This document shows, in pieces, positions 17,261-26,398 of a stretch of 32,000 nt of DNA. Within the stretch, counting starts at the first letter, position 1. Every line of letters starts with the position of its first letter. The stretch spans positions 1,260,001 to 1,292,000 of the forward strand of contig JALDRA010000001.1 in the NCBI GenBank assembly GCA_031316235.1. Reading direction: 5' to 3'. The notes beneath the pieces were generated by a model. That model worked only from the letters and a program-made list of their open reading frames with translations. It was not told the DNA's origin and made no database searches. The position numbers were made by a program, and so were the translations under genes. The DNA is from Candidatus Scalindua sp. GTDB lineage: Bacteria; Planctomycetota; Brocadiia; Brocadiales; Scalinduaceae.

Positions 17261-17289
17261 TATACTCATTTCAAAATGATTTTCTGAAT
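17261..17289 (+). repeat. Solo copy of the MITE-like repeat terminus
   Basis: TATACTCATTTCAAAATGATTTTCTGAAT compares with the copy B terminus TATACTCATCTCATAATGGTTTTCGGAT about 70 bp downstream. About 23 of 28 positions match by eye. Confidence 0.5.
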
Positions 17290-17333
17290 GGGTATATGCT
17301 AAAACAGGAATGGATTACCTCATAATGTGCCGC

Positions 17334-17548
17334 TATACTCATCTCATAATGGTTTTCGGATAAAATCCGAGACAAAATTGAGCGAGTACAAGTCCTCGGC
17401 GCTTTTTGTCCGGGGATACCTTCACCAGGATTTGGTATATCTCCTTGACAAAAAAAGATAAAGATCTCTCAAGGATGATGTTGATTGGAAAAAACGAATT
17501 TGAGCCGACCTGAATGTGATCCCGTTTTATCCGAGAAAGATATGGGAT
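17334..17548 (+). repeat. MITE-like intergenic repeat, copy B (right boundary uncertain)
   Basis: TATACTCATCTCATAATGGTTTTCGGATAAAATCCGAGACAAAATTGAGCGAGTACAAGTCCTCGGCGCTTTTTGTCCGGGGATACCTTCACCAGGATTTGG aligns with copies A, C and D. TTTTATCCGAGAAAGATATGGG (17525-17546) looks like a degenerate inverted terminus. Confidence 0.75.
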
Positions 17549-17733
17549 ACAGAATTTACCAATGTATTGGGGGAACGCCTGAAACGTGAAGTTGTAAAAA
17601 AAGCACAGAGCAGGCAAAGTGCTGCACCTGACACAAAAGACGGGTATTTTTTCACATGTGCCGATCCTTTTAACCGTTTCGGTTTTCCAATGCCCCTGTC
17701 TGCCCGTGACAGGTGAGCAATGACTTCAATTTT

Positions 17734-19641
17734 TCAGTTACTGGTAGGTGATTGTGTAACGCCTGAATTGGGTTGTTTTTCAAGGGGATCCTGATCGGTT
17801 GAAAACTGTTTATGTGTTTTCTGAAAGGCACTTCTCAGAACAGTCTTTATCAGAAGGGATGAGAGATGGAATATTGATGCAAGGAAATTTCTGTTGATGG
17901 CAAGTGTTAAGAAAATAATTGGTTTCTTCATTCTATTAGCCCTTGCAACATCATATCGGCTGGTGAGAGAGAAGATCCTCTGAAGCGGCAGGTGTTCCTG
18001 AAAATTGAGAATATCATCGAGATAAAGAGAGATGCATCGGTAGTCCGCCTCCATTTTACTATCATTAATTGATAGCTCTGTTGTGCTTCCGTTCATTGAA
18101 AGCTTGAAATCTACACTCTTCCCCCTGGAATGATAAAATCTGAAAATAATCCTCCTGCCAAATTTCCTTAACAGGTTTGCGTCTCTAAAACTGGCATCTT
18201 TTACCTCACTTCCCACAAGGGCATGCAGATATTCAAACATACAGTCCTTCAAATCGCTCCGACTATTTCTATCATCATTCGTCTCAATAACCGCAACATT
18301 TATTAACCGGAATACCGCCTCCAGAATCATACCCGATATGGTACGCTGGCGGGAAGAGGAGTCAATGCCATAAAACTTTCCATTACAATAGGCCAGCATC
18401 TTTTTGAGTGTTCTCAAGTCGATCTTATTTGGCTCTACTACTGTACCAAAGTTGTTGTACAGATCCCAATTGTAACTGTTAATAGCATTTTCCCTTTTAT
18501 ATTCTTCATAAATTTGAGTTCCCGGGTACGGGGTCATCACCATAAACGCCGCCTGTTTCAGCCCAGCCATCCGGGCGTACTCTGGATAACGCTTAATGTC
18601 TTCTACTGTTTCATTCAGGTGCCCGATAATAAAGTATCCCTGCACCTTTATCTTATAATCGTTCAATATCTCAATGGCCCTTTCGCAGGTCTTGGGAGAT
18701 GTCGCTTTCTGTATCTTCTTCAGGGTTTCAAGATTGGGGCTTTCAATCCCCAGGCTTACGTGCCTGAGCCCGATGCCGTGCAGTTTTTTCATGATCCGCT
18801 CGGCTTTAATGATGTCTGTTGATCTGCTCTCAGTCCAGATCTTGAAATTGGTTAAATCATTTTCAGACATCAGATCGACAATCTTTTCCATCCTGTCCAC
18901 GCTTGTCAATACGTTTGCGTCCCATATCTTCAGGATCTTACGTTTTTTGGTAGTGTGGATCATCTTCAGCTCTTCGATCACATTCTCAGGGCTTCTGCAT
19001 CTCCAACTCTTGTTTACCATATCGTTTGAACAGAAAGAGCACTTTATCCTGCAGCCCCTGGAAGTAAATACCGTATCAAACAGATAATCATTACCTGCAT
19101 TCCCGAACCGTTTTGGTCTTATTTCACGCAGGGGGTGGGGAATTGTGTCCAGGTCTTCGATGAGAGCCCTGTCGGGATTATGGACAATAGTGCCGTTATG
19201 TTTAAAAGATAACCCCGGTATATCCTCTGATGGGCCATTGTTGACAAGCTCCTTGAACGTCAACTCTCCCTCGCCTCTTATTACGGCATCCACGCAAGGA
19301 GAGGTGAGAACTTCACCCGGTAGCGCAGTAGGATGATATCCTCCCAATACTACGTATAACCCGTACTCTTTAGCTATCCTGGCATATTCCAGGGCATTCG
19401 AGTATGCACCCGTCATTGCAGATATCCCGATAAAATCAGCGGAGTGCCTACTGAGATATCTTTTGAATGCACGCAGTGGATTATACGAATAGGTGTCAAC
19501 GGGAATGGTGACGGTATCAACATCGTCCTTTACCATTCCAGCGAGGTAACACACCTCGGTAATATCGGAAATTACTAATCCATATGGTATGTCTACCTTC
19601 TGTGGCGCCTTTAATAAACAGACATTGTTAAAATAGCTCAT
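17734..19641 (-). CDS. Cobalamin-binding-domain radical SAM enzyme with a C-terminal extension of about 200 aa and unknown function
   Basis: 635 aa ORF with motif SRGCRIKCSFCS (CxxxCxxC). The N-terminal part resembles a B12-binding domain (FIGISAMTGAY...VVLGGYHPT...VIRGEGE). It also carries LGIESPNLETL and IIGHLNET. Its ATG (19641..19639) overlaps the leuA TGA stop (19640..19638). Confidence 0.9.
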   Translation of the reverse strand: MSYFNNVCLLKAPQKVDIPYGLVISDITEVCYLAGMVKDDVDTVTIPVDTYSYNPLRAFKRYLSRHSADFIGISAMTGAYSNALEYARIAKEYGLYVVLGGYHPTALPGEVLTSPCVDAVIRGEGELTFKELVNNGPSEDIPGLSFKHNGTIVHNPDRALIEDLDTIPHPLREIRPKRFGNAGNDYLFDTVFTSRGCRIKCSFCSNDMVNKSWRCRSPENVIEELKMIHTTKKRKILKIWDANVLTSVDRMEKIVDLMSENDLTNFKIWTESRSTDIIKAERIMKKLHGIGLRHVSLGIESPNLETLKKIQKATSPKTCERAIEILNDYKIKVQGYFIIGHLNETVEDIKRYPEYARMAGLKQAAFMVMTPYPGTQIYEEYKRENAINSYNWDLYNNFGTVVEPNKIDLRTLKKMLAYCNGKFYGIDSSSRQRTISGMILEAVFRLINVAVIETNDDRNSRSDLKDCMFEYLHALVGSEVKDASFRDANLLRKFGRRIIFRFYHSRGKSVDFKLSMNGSTTELSINDSKMEADYRCISLYLDDILNFQEHLPLQRIFSLTSRYDVARANRMKKPIIFLTLAINRNFLASIFHLSSLLIKTVLRSAFQKTHKQFSTDQDPLEKQPNSGVTQSPTSN

Positions 19642-21155
19642 TGGGGAGAAAGTTTTACTGCTACCTTGTTTATTGCATTTAAATACGCTTTTGCGCTCGC
19701 CTCAATTATATCGGTGCCTACGGATCGCCCCCGATACGTTTCACCGTTGGCTTCCATCTCGATACTCACCTCACCCATGGCATCCTTTCCGCTTGTTACC
19801 GACTGGATACTGTAATCGATGAGCTTTACCTTGATTCCTGTCAATACATCAATCGTCTTAAAGAGTGCATCTATCGGCCCATCCCCGATAGTAGCATTGT
19901 CCACAATTTTATCTTTACCGACACGGAGCCTTACACCAGCTGTCGGTACCACGTTTGGGCCACAACTTATACTTAAACTATCAAGTTCATAAATATGAGG
20001 AACTTCTGATTTTTCGACCTGTATTATAGCCTCAATATCCTGATCATAAATATCTTTTTTTTTGTCAGCCAGAAGTTTGAATTCGTTGAAAGTGTGTTCG
20101 ATCTCTTCTTTCGAAAGGTCATACCCCAGCTCTTTGACACGTTTTTTGAATGCGTGCCGTCCTGAAAGTTTTCCGAGAACAAGCTGCGTCTTCGGTAAAC
20201 CAATCTCTTCCGGCCTCATAATCTCATACGTAGTCCGCTCTTTCAGCATCCCGTCTTGATGAATACCGGACTCGTGTGCGAAGGCATTTTCGCCAACAAT
20301 CGCTTTATTCCTTTGTACCCGCAAACCTGTTAAACCGCTCACTATCTTACTCGTGGCCATTATTTCATGGGTTTTTATACGGGTAATCTGACCGAAAAAA
20401 TCCCTTCGTGTCTTCAGTGCCATAACAATCTCTTCCAATGCGGCATTTCCCGCTCTCTCTCCGATTCCGTTGATGGTACACTCCACCTGGGTAGCTCCCG
20501 CTTTTATAGCTGCTAACGAATTGGCAACTGCCAGGCCAAGATCATTATGACAGTGTACGCTGATAACGGCTTTTTTGATATTTCTGACATTCTCTTTCAG
20601 GTTTCGTATTATCGCCGCATACTGCTCCGGCACGCTGTATCCAACGGTATCAGGTATATTTACAGTTTTCGCCCCGGCATCGATAACGGCCTCCACAACC
20701 TCTACTAGAAAATCGGGTTCGGTTCTTGACGCGTCCTCCGGTGAGAACTCCACATCATCTACATATTTCCTTGCAAGCTTTACCCCTTTTACAGCGGTCT
20801 TGATGATCTCCTCTTTTGCCTTGACTAATTTGAATTTTCTATGAATTTCAGACGTAGCAAGAAAAACGTGGATTCTTGGCAATTTTGCCTGTTTCAGGGC
20901 CTTTGCCGCAAATTCGATATCTTTCTCAACCGCCCTCGCCAATGCTGCAATACAAACGCCCTTAATCTCCTTTGCAATTGTGCTGACTGATTTGAAATCA
21001 CCTTCGGACGTAATCGGAAATCCAGCCTCTATTACGTCTACATTCAGGACTGCAAGCTGCCTTGCTATCTGAAGTTTCTCATTGGGATCAAGGCTCGCAC
21101 CCGGGGATTGCTCCCCATCCCTCAACGTAGTATCGAAAATGATAATTCTTGACAT
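19638..21155 (-). CDS. leuA: 2-isopropylmalate synthase
   Basis: 505 aa ORF with IFDTTLRDGEQSPGASL, HCHNDLGLAVANSLAA, ECTINGIGERAGNAALEE and a C-terminal LeuA dimerisation/regulatory region. Confidence 0.95.
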   Translation of the reverse strand: MSRIIIFDTTLRDGEQSPGASLDPNEKLQIARQLAVLNVDVIEAGFPITSEGDFKSVSTIAKEIKGVCIAALARAVEKDIEFAAKALKQAKLPRIHVFLATSEIHRKFKLVKAKEEIIKTAVKGVKLARKYVDDVEFSPEDASRTEPDFLVEVVEAVIDAGAKTVNIPDTVGYSVPEQYAAIIRNLKENVRNIKKAVISVHCHNDLGLAVANSLAAIKAGATQVECTINGIGERAGNAALEEIVMALKTRRDFFGQITRIKTHEIMATSKIVSGLTGLRVQRNKAIVGENAFAHESGIHQDGMLKERTTYEIMRPEEIGLPKTQLVLGKLSGRHAFKKRVKELGYDLSKEEIEHTFNEFKLLADKKKDIYDQDIEAIIQVEKSEVPHIYELDSLSISCGPNVVPTAGVRLRVGKDKIVDNATIGDGPIDALFKTIDVLTGIKVKLIDYSIQSVTSGKDAMGEVSIEMEANGETYRGRSVGTDIIEASAKAYLNAINKVAVKLSPQ

Positions 21156-21156
21156 A

Positions 21157-22152
21157 TTACTTCGCTTGAATCCACTTCATAAGTTTACGGAGTTTAGCAC
21201 CAACCTTCTCAATCTGGTGGTCTTTATCCTTTTTTACCAGTGCGTTAAAGACTGGTCGGCCCGCCTTGTTTTCCAGAATCCACTCCTTGGCAAAACTACC
21301 GTCCTGTATCTCAGAGAGTATTTTCTTCATCTCCTTCTTCGTTTCTGCATTGACGATCCTTGGCCCCCTTGTCAAATCACCAAACTCGGCTGTATTGCTT
21401 ATCGAATGTCTCATGTAGGATAGACCTCCCTGATAGAAAAGGTCTACAATCAATTTTAATTCATGCATACATTCAAAATATGCCAGTTCCGGCTGATATC
21501 CAGCCTCTACAAGTGTCTCAAAACCGGCCTTTACCAGGGCAGAAGCTCCGCCACACAATACTGCCTGCTCACCAAAAAGGTCTGTCTCTGTCTCTTCATC
21601 AAATGTAGTCTCCAGTATACCGGCCCTTGCACCACCAATTCCGTTCGCATAGGCTAAAGCGGTTTTTTGTGCCTCCTTTGAAGGATCCTGATATACCGCT
21701 AACAAACAGGGAACCCCTCCACCTTTTTCATATTCACTCCTCACCAGATGGCCGGGACCTTTCGGGGCAACCATGATCACGTCTACATCATTCTGTGGTG
21801 TTATTTGTCCAAAATGAATATTAAAGCCGTGTGAGAACAGGAGCGTTTTACCTTTTTTGAGATGCGGAACGATTTCAGCCTCATACACACTTGTCTGCAG
21901 CTCATCAGGTATCAAGAGGGCAATCAGGTCACTCTCACTGGTCGCGGTGGCCGCAGATACCGGTTTAAAACCGTGCTTAACTGCCAGATCATGGTTTGGA
22001 GATCCCTTCCGCTGCGCAACAACAACATCAAGGCCACTTTCACGAAGATTTTGTGCGTGGGCATGCCCCTGACTGCCATAACCAATAATTGCTATCTTTT
22101 TCCCTTTCAGCGGGGTTATACTCGCATCTTTTTCTGAATACATCTTAGCCAT
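21157..22152 (-). CDS. ilvC: Ketol-acid reductoisomerase (class I)
   Basis: 331 aa ORF with [29 protein letters not shown], and [11 protein letters not shown]. Its stop lies 1 nt upstream of the leuA start. Confidence 0.95.
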   Translation of the reverse strand: MAKMYSEKDASITPLKGKKIAIIGYGSQGHAHAQNLRESGLDVVVAQRKGSPNHDLAVKHGFKPVSAATATSESDLIALLIPDELQTSVYEAEIVPHLKKGKTLLFSHGFNIHFGQITPQNDVDVIMVAPKGPGHLVRSEYEKGGGVPCLLAVYQDPSKEAQKTALAYANGIGGARAGILETTFDEETETDLFGEQAVLCGGASALVKAGFETLVEAGYQPELAYFECMHELKLIVDLFYQGGLSYMRHSISNTAEFGDLTRGPRIVNAETKKEMKKILSEIQDGSFAKEWILENKAGRPVFNALVKKDKDHQIEKVGAKLRKLMKWIQAK

Positions 22153-22424
22153 TTTTTTACCTTTCTATGTTTTGAATTTTTTTCATTTGATTACCGAGCC
22201 GGAACCAAAAAGGAATAAATTGTACAGGTATTCCTGTTCTGCCGGGCTGTTACATATTTCCCTTTAAACACACCAGTGGGATGGTAAATCACTCTCCAAT
22301 TGACAGTTCCCGGTTAAAAAAACACAAAGTCTCTACGATTTTCTGATCTCTTAAATCCTCTTTCTGCAGCTGCACCAACCAATATGCACGTCACCAGACC
22401 ATACCGATACCAACGGAGGAATGG

Positions 22425-22592
22425 CAAAGGGTGATGCCTTGCGGGAAAGAATATACTAAAACCGATCTGGTTTTAGATTTTTCCAGGAACCAAAGCCTGG
22501 CTGCTGATATCCCCCGGACAAAAAGCGCCGACGACTTTACTCGCTCCATTATCTCTCGGATTCTATCCGAAAACCATTATAAGATGAGTAGA
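22425..22592 (-). repeat. MITE-like intergenic repeat, copy D (inverted relative to A, B and C)
   Basis: The reverse complement reads TACTCATCTTATAATGGTTTTCGGATAGAATCCGAGAGATAATGGAGCGAGTAAAGTCGTCGGCGCTTTTTGTCCGGGGGATATCAGCAGCCAGGCTTTGGTTCC...GGTTTTAGTATA. This is closest to copy A. No clear second inverted terminus is visible. Confidence 0.75.
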
Positions 22593-22657
22593 GATCAAGG
22601 GAGGGGGGAGGGAAGATGCTTCCTTAATTTATTGATACTCTGCCTGATCAGACCTTA

Positions 22658-23137
22658 CTATTTCGGGCCACGGCTCATTGCAATCCTACCGGTACGTGCA
22701 ACCTCTTTTATACCATACGGCCGAAGCAAGTTTAAAAAAGCTTCAAGCCGCTCTTCCGGCCCTGAAATCTCTACAACCATGTCTTTCTGTCCCACATCTA
22801 TGATCTTCCCCCGAAAGACATCAACAAGTTCCACAATTTCACTCCTTCTCCCTGCAATTGCGTTTACCTTTATCAGCATAAGGTCTCGTGCAACATGTTC
22901 CTTGCCCGTAAAATCTGTAACTTTGATAACGTCGATGACCTTACCCAACTGTTTGCGAATCTGTTCAAGTATCGACTCGTCCCCACTGACAACAATTGTC
23001 ATTCTCGACATTGTTTCATCTTCAGTCTCTCCAACAGCCAGGCTTTCAATATTAAAACCTCTGCCGCTGAAAAGGCCTGTAATTCGTGATAATACACCAA
23101 CCTTATTTTCAACCAGAATTGATATTACATGTTTCAT
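22658..23137 (-). CDS. ilvN: Acetolactate synthase small (regulatory) subunit
   Basis: 159 aa ORF. MKHVISILVENKVGVLSRITGLFSGRGFNIESLAVGETED forms the ACT domain typical of IlvN/IlvH. Confidence 0.9.
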   Translation of the reverse strand: MKHVISILVENKVGVLSRITGLFSGRGFNIESLAVGETEDETMSRMTIVVSGDESILEQIRKQLGKVIDVIKVTDFTGKEHVARDLMLIKVNAIAGRRSEIVELVDVFRGKIIDVGQKDMVVEISGPEERLEAFLNLLRPYGIKEVARTGRIAMSRGPK

Positions 23138-23237
23138 GCATTAACCCATTTCTGCTCGTCATAACACCTGCCTTACCCCCCTGCTTATCATTAGATGCCA
23201 TTCCAGCCTTACGAGCCTAATAGCCGGCTGGTAGTTT

Positions 23238-24443
23238 TCATTCATATTGTAAATTAATCATATTTTGCCGTGCAGCATCCAAGGTTGCCTGATACACCAG
23301 TTTCAGCGGTAACCCTCTTTCTCCTGCAATTTTTCTGCAATCTTCATATTCAGGAACAACATTTCTGATTTTGCCGTTAAACATACCGATCTTTACCTGG
23401 ATCTTACCAAATTCAGTCTTTACACTGACAAGCTGCCGGGAGAGCTTCTTGCGAATCGTTTTATATTTCCTGATGCCAAAGGTTGTCGACTGGTAGAAAA
23501 TACTATCTTCTACCCTCGATACATTTTTATCTTCAACAATAACGGTTACCAGTGATCCCGGCCGTGATTTCTTCATCTGTACAGGAGTTATATAGCCATC
23601 CAGTGCACCTGCATTGAAGATCTCCTCTAATAAATATCCCATGTGTTCACCTGGCATGTCATCAATATTGGTCTCCACAACCCAAACCTCATCCTGTTCA
23701 TGCAATGAGGCGGTTTCACCGACCAGTACTCTAAGCAAATTGGGAATCTGAGGTATTTCACGACTACCAACACCATACCCGATTTCTGATAATACAATTT
23801 CCGGGCACATCTTTACATTTTCCCCTAACGTGGTCAGGATTGCGGCCCCTGTGGGAGTCGTAAGCTCGTATTCTATATCTGTGCCTATTATGTTGCACCC
23901 CTTTAAGAGTTCCGCTGTTGCCGGAGCAGGTATTGGAAAATTCCCGTGATCACATGAAACCATGCCTGTACCGGTTCTTATCGTCGAAAAATACACCCTT
24001 TCAATCTTAAGATCATGAATAGCGATTACTGCCCCGATAATGTCAATAATCGAATCAACAGCACCGACTTCATGGAAATGGATTTCTTCTGGAGTTGTAT
24101 CATGTATGTGAGCCTCCGCCTTTGCCAGATTTGAAAAGACTTTGATGCTGTCTTCCTTGACACGTTTATCGAGCTCACTGTCATCAACACTCTTTAGAAT
24201 AGATTTAAGGGTTCTTCTCTGGTGCCCACCTTTTTCTGTTTTCACCGGCTGGACGGATACCTCAAATTTTGTCCCCGTAATCCCTGAACGAAGCACTTTT
24301 TTTTTGCCAAGTTCATATCCATCTATTTTAAGCTTTCTGAGTTCTGCTTCAAGCGTATCAAGCGGGAATCCGGCATGAAGCAATGCCCCCAGGATCATAT
24401 CTCCACTTGCACCAGAAAAACAATCAAAGTATGCAATTTTCAT
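23238..24443 (-). CDS. larC: LarC-family nickel insertion protein (DUF111; nickel-pincer cofactor biosynthesis)
   Basis: 401 aa ORF. The N-terminus MKIAYFDCFSGASGDMILGALLHAG and HFHEVGAVDSIIDIIG are hallmark LarC/DUF111 segments. Confidence 0.85.
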   Translation of the reverse strand: MKIAYFDCFSGASGDMILGALLHAGFPLDTLEAELRKLKIDGYELGKKKVLRSGITGTKFEVSVQPVKTEKGGHQRRTLKSILKSVDDSELDKRVKEDSIKVFSNLAKAEAHIHDTTPEEIHFHEVGAVDSIIDIIGAVIAIHDLKIERVYFSTIRTGTGMVSCDHGNFPIPAPATAELLKGCNIIGTDIEYELTTPTGAAILTTLGENVKMCPEIVLSEIGYGVGSREIPQIPNLLRVLVGETASLHEQDEVWVVETNIDDMPGEHMGYLLEEIFNAGALDGYITPVQMKKSRPGSLVTVIVEDKNVSRVEDSIFYQSTTFGIRKYKTIRKKLSRQLVSVKTEFGKIQVKIGMFNGKIRNVVPEYEDCRKIAGERGLPLKLVYQATLDAARQNMINLQYE

Positions 24444-24610
24444 AAATCAGTTACTCCACACCAACCAGGGTAGCAGGCATTTGTAAATATATAAGCATAT
24501 GTAAATCAGCAGCTTATAGATTTTCAAATGCACAATGTTAGCACACGTTTTTTACAGAGTCAATGAAAAACCCCCCGATGACTTCCCTGCTGGTTTCCTG
24601 ATTCCATAGT

Positions 24611-24660
24611 CTCCGGGTCGGCAATTTCTTGTTTTTTTACCGGAAATTGCCGACCCGGAG
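24611..24660. repeat. Perfect 18-bp inverted repeat with a 14-nt spacer (strong stem-loop) in the larC-nadD divergent intergenic region
   Basis: CTCCGGGTCGGCAATTTC (24611-24628), ttgtttttttaccg, then GAAATTGCCGACCCGGAG (24643-24660). No U-tract follows on either strand. Confidence 0.7.
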
Positions 24661-24923
24661 AGTGCATGACCAAAGCTTCGGATTGTTAAAGGAAGATGGG
24701 TAATAGCAAAGCCGGTGAATTATCATCTGCAGCCGTTTCAATGCAAAGCATGAAACCGTGTTTATCGTACAGCTTAACATCTGCAGATCTCGTATAAATC
24801 CTGACCTCCACGAATGTTCCCGTTCAGGCGGCCACGAATTCTTTTCGGGCCATGATTTATCGATACCCTTTTTTAGTACTGGCTCGGGGGTAAAAGGACA
24901 GAACAATCATCCTTGTTTCATCC

Positions 24924-24951
24924 TTGACATTACTATTATTCTTAATATTAT
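24924..24951 (+). promoter_or_regulatory. Candidate sigma-70-type promoter upstream of nadD
   Basis: TTGACA (24924-24929), a 16-nt spacer, then TATTAT (24946-24951). It lies 80-120 nt upstream of the candidate nadD starts. Confidence 0.45.
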
Positions 24952-25072
24952 ATTTCTCTCTAATCCCCCACATTCTTGGAATCTATTAACAGCAAAAGAC
25001 TCTCCCTCGCCCCGTTCAGTATCACATAGAGTGATTACGGGGAATGACTCTTTTTTTAAAAGGCGATTAAAC

Positions 25073-25750
25073 TTGAGCATTACATACTCTTCAACGTTCT
25101 TACAAAGAAAACGGATCGGCATACTGGGAGGCACCTTCAATCCCATTCATAACGGACACTTGATTATGGCTGAAGAGGTTTCCCGCTACCATAACTTATC
25201 AAAAATCATTTTTATTCCCACCAACATTCCACCTCATAAAAAAGCCGACTCACTGGCCGGTGCGCAACATCGTTATCAGATGGTTAAAGAGGCCATTCGA
25301 AAAAATGAAAAATTTGCAGTATCTGATTTAGAAATCAAACGTAAAGGAAAATCATATACGATAGACACCATACAGGAGATTCTCAGATCCTGCATACCTG
25401 CCACTCAAACAGAAGCAGATAATACGGATTGTGAGGTTTTCCTCATTTTAGGGTCAGATTCATTACAAGAGCTGGTTTTGTGGAAAAACATCAAGACACT
25501 TTCACAATTATGTTCCTTTGTAATCGTAAACAGGCCGGGATACCCGACAAAGATTCCGGAAAACCTTACAGACATGATCGGCAGGAATAAAGCGCTTGAT
25601 ATAGAAAAATTACGGGTAGAAATAGAACCTGTTGGGATTTCGTCTAGCGATATAAGGCAAAAATTGAAAAAGAACGTCTCAATTCATGGCCTGGTACCAC
25701 CATGTGTGGAGAGGTATATACTAGATAACGGCTTATATTTACTCCCTTGA
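25073..25750 (+). CDS. nadD: Nicotinate-nucleotide adenylyltransferase
   Basis: RIGILGGTFNPIHNGHL carries the (H/T)xGH nucleotidyltransferase motif, and ISSSDIR is the typical NadD C-terminal motif. The track ORF starts at 24758, but the first 100 aa or so show no family resemblance. In-frame TTG (25073) or GVG-position GTG (25031) are plausible starts, so the start remains uncertain. Confidence 0.8.
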   Translation: MSITYSSTFLQRKRIGILGGTFNPIHNGHLIMAEEVSRYHNLSKIIFIPTNIPPHKKADSLAGAQHRYQMVKEAIRKNEKFAVSDLEIKRKGKSYTIDTIQEILRSCIPATQTEADNTDCEVFLILGSDSLQELVLWKNIKTLSQLCSFVIVNRPGYPTKIPENLTDMIGRNKALDIEKLRVEIEPVGISSSDIRQKLKKNVSIHGLVPPCVERYILDNGLYLLP

Positions 25751-25798
25751 TAAAAACTTTGAGGCCGGTATAATCAGGCTCGACCTCCACTCAATACG

Positions 25799-26398
25799 CT
25801 AATCAATCTCTTTTTTAAGGTTTTCAACCGCCCTTGCAACTAAAGCGGACGCGAAGGCTCTTTCATGGAGATCGTCTGAACTGCCCTTTACCTTAAACGA
25901 CCAAACCGTCTCATTTGTTAATACCTCTATACATTCTGCCTGAAACGAAACCTTACTGTGTATTGCGGAGGCAAATTTACCAAACAATTTTTTATACGAT
26001 ACGCCGAATGTCTCAATTACACCAATAACAACGGCATCAACACCCAGAGACCTTCCCAGGTTTTCATAATCTGATCCCATTAAGATCTCTTCTTCGCGAA
26101 TCTTCATTGAAAAAAGCTGTTTTTTTAAATCCCTTCTATCCAGAACTGCATATCTTCCCCACTTTATCAATTCTGACGCTGTAATGTCTGCAAGTACGGA
26201 ACCTGCATCCGGAACTGCTATTACCTGTGATAAACTAAACTTCGATTCATCCTCTTCATCCCAGGTTGTTTCGAACATCAAAACAGCGATTTTTTGGATT
26301 TCTTGTTGTGGAAAGCCCCTGTTAACGGTAAAGTCAGGACCCGAATTTGTCGTCACACAGCCTGAAAGTAACAAAAAAAATAACAGGTACCTCTTCAT
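25799..26398 (-). CDS. Putative lipoprotein (CsgG/LpoB-like pattern, tentative)
   Basis: MKRYLLFFLLLSGC forms a signal peptide with a lipobox Cys. KIAVLMFETT ... LADITASELIKWGRYAVLDRRDLKKQL ... LGVDAVVIGVIETF resembles the CsgG/LpoB-type lipoprotein pattern. The track start (TTG at 26428) would add 10 aa. Confidence 0.65.
   Translation of the reverse strand: MKRYLLFFLLLSGCVTTNSGPDFTVNRGFPQQEIQKIAVLMFETTWDEEDESKFSLSQVIAVPDAGSVLADITASELIKWGRYAVLDRRDLKKQLFSMKIREEEILMGSDYENLGRSLGVDAVVIGVIETFGVSYKKLFGKFASAIHSKVSFQAECIEVLTNETVWSFKVKGSSDDLHERAFASALVARAVENLKKEID

Noticed and set aside
16906-17716. Small ORFs 16906..17103, 17339..17617 and 17516..17716
   Set aside because: They lie in the intergenic region occupied by repeat copy B and its solo end. 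Repeat-encoded frames are not conserved between copies.
1-19641. The cluster as a ladderane or fatty-acid-type lipid biosynthesis locus
   Set aside because: No fab, ACP, desaturase or polyprenyl genes lie in or next to the cluster. accD at 30089 is an isolated housekeeping gene. The non-rSAM genes are all sugar-activation or tailoring types. This is kept only as a lower-probability alternative, and the taxon is unverified.
22431-23144. A 237 aa plus-strand ORF
   Set aside because: It starts inside repeat copy D and then runs antisense to the well-supported ilvN gene. It is a shadow ORF.
24758-25072. N-terminal extension of about 100 aa on nadD in the ORF track, plus ORFs 24637..24906 and 24907..25146 on the minus strand
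   Set aside because: The extension shows no NadD-like sequence. It overlaps a near-consensus promoter (24924-24951), and NadD proteins are about 190-225 aa. The minus-strand ORFs lack any motif and overlap the same regulatory region.
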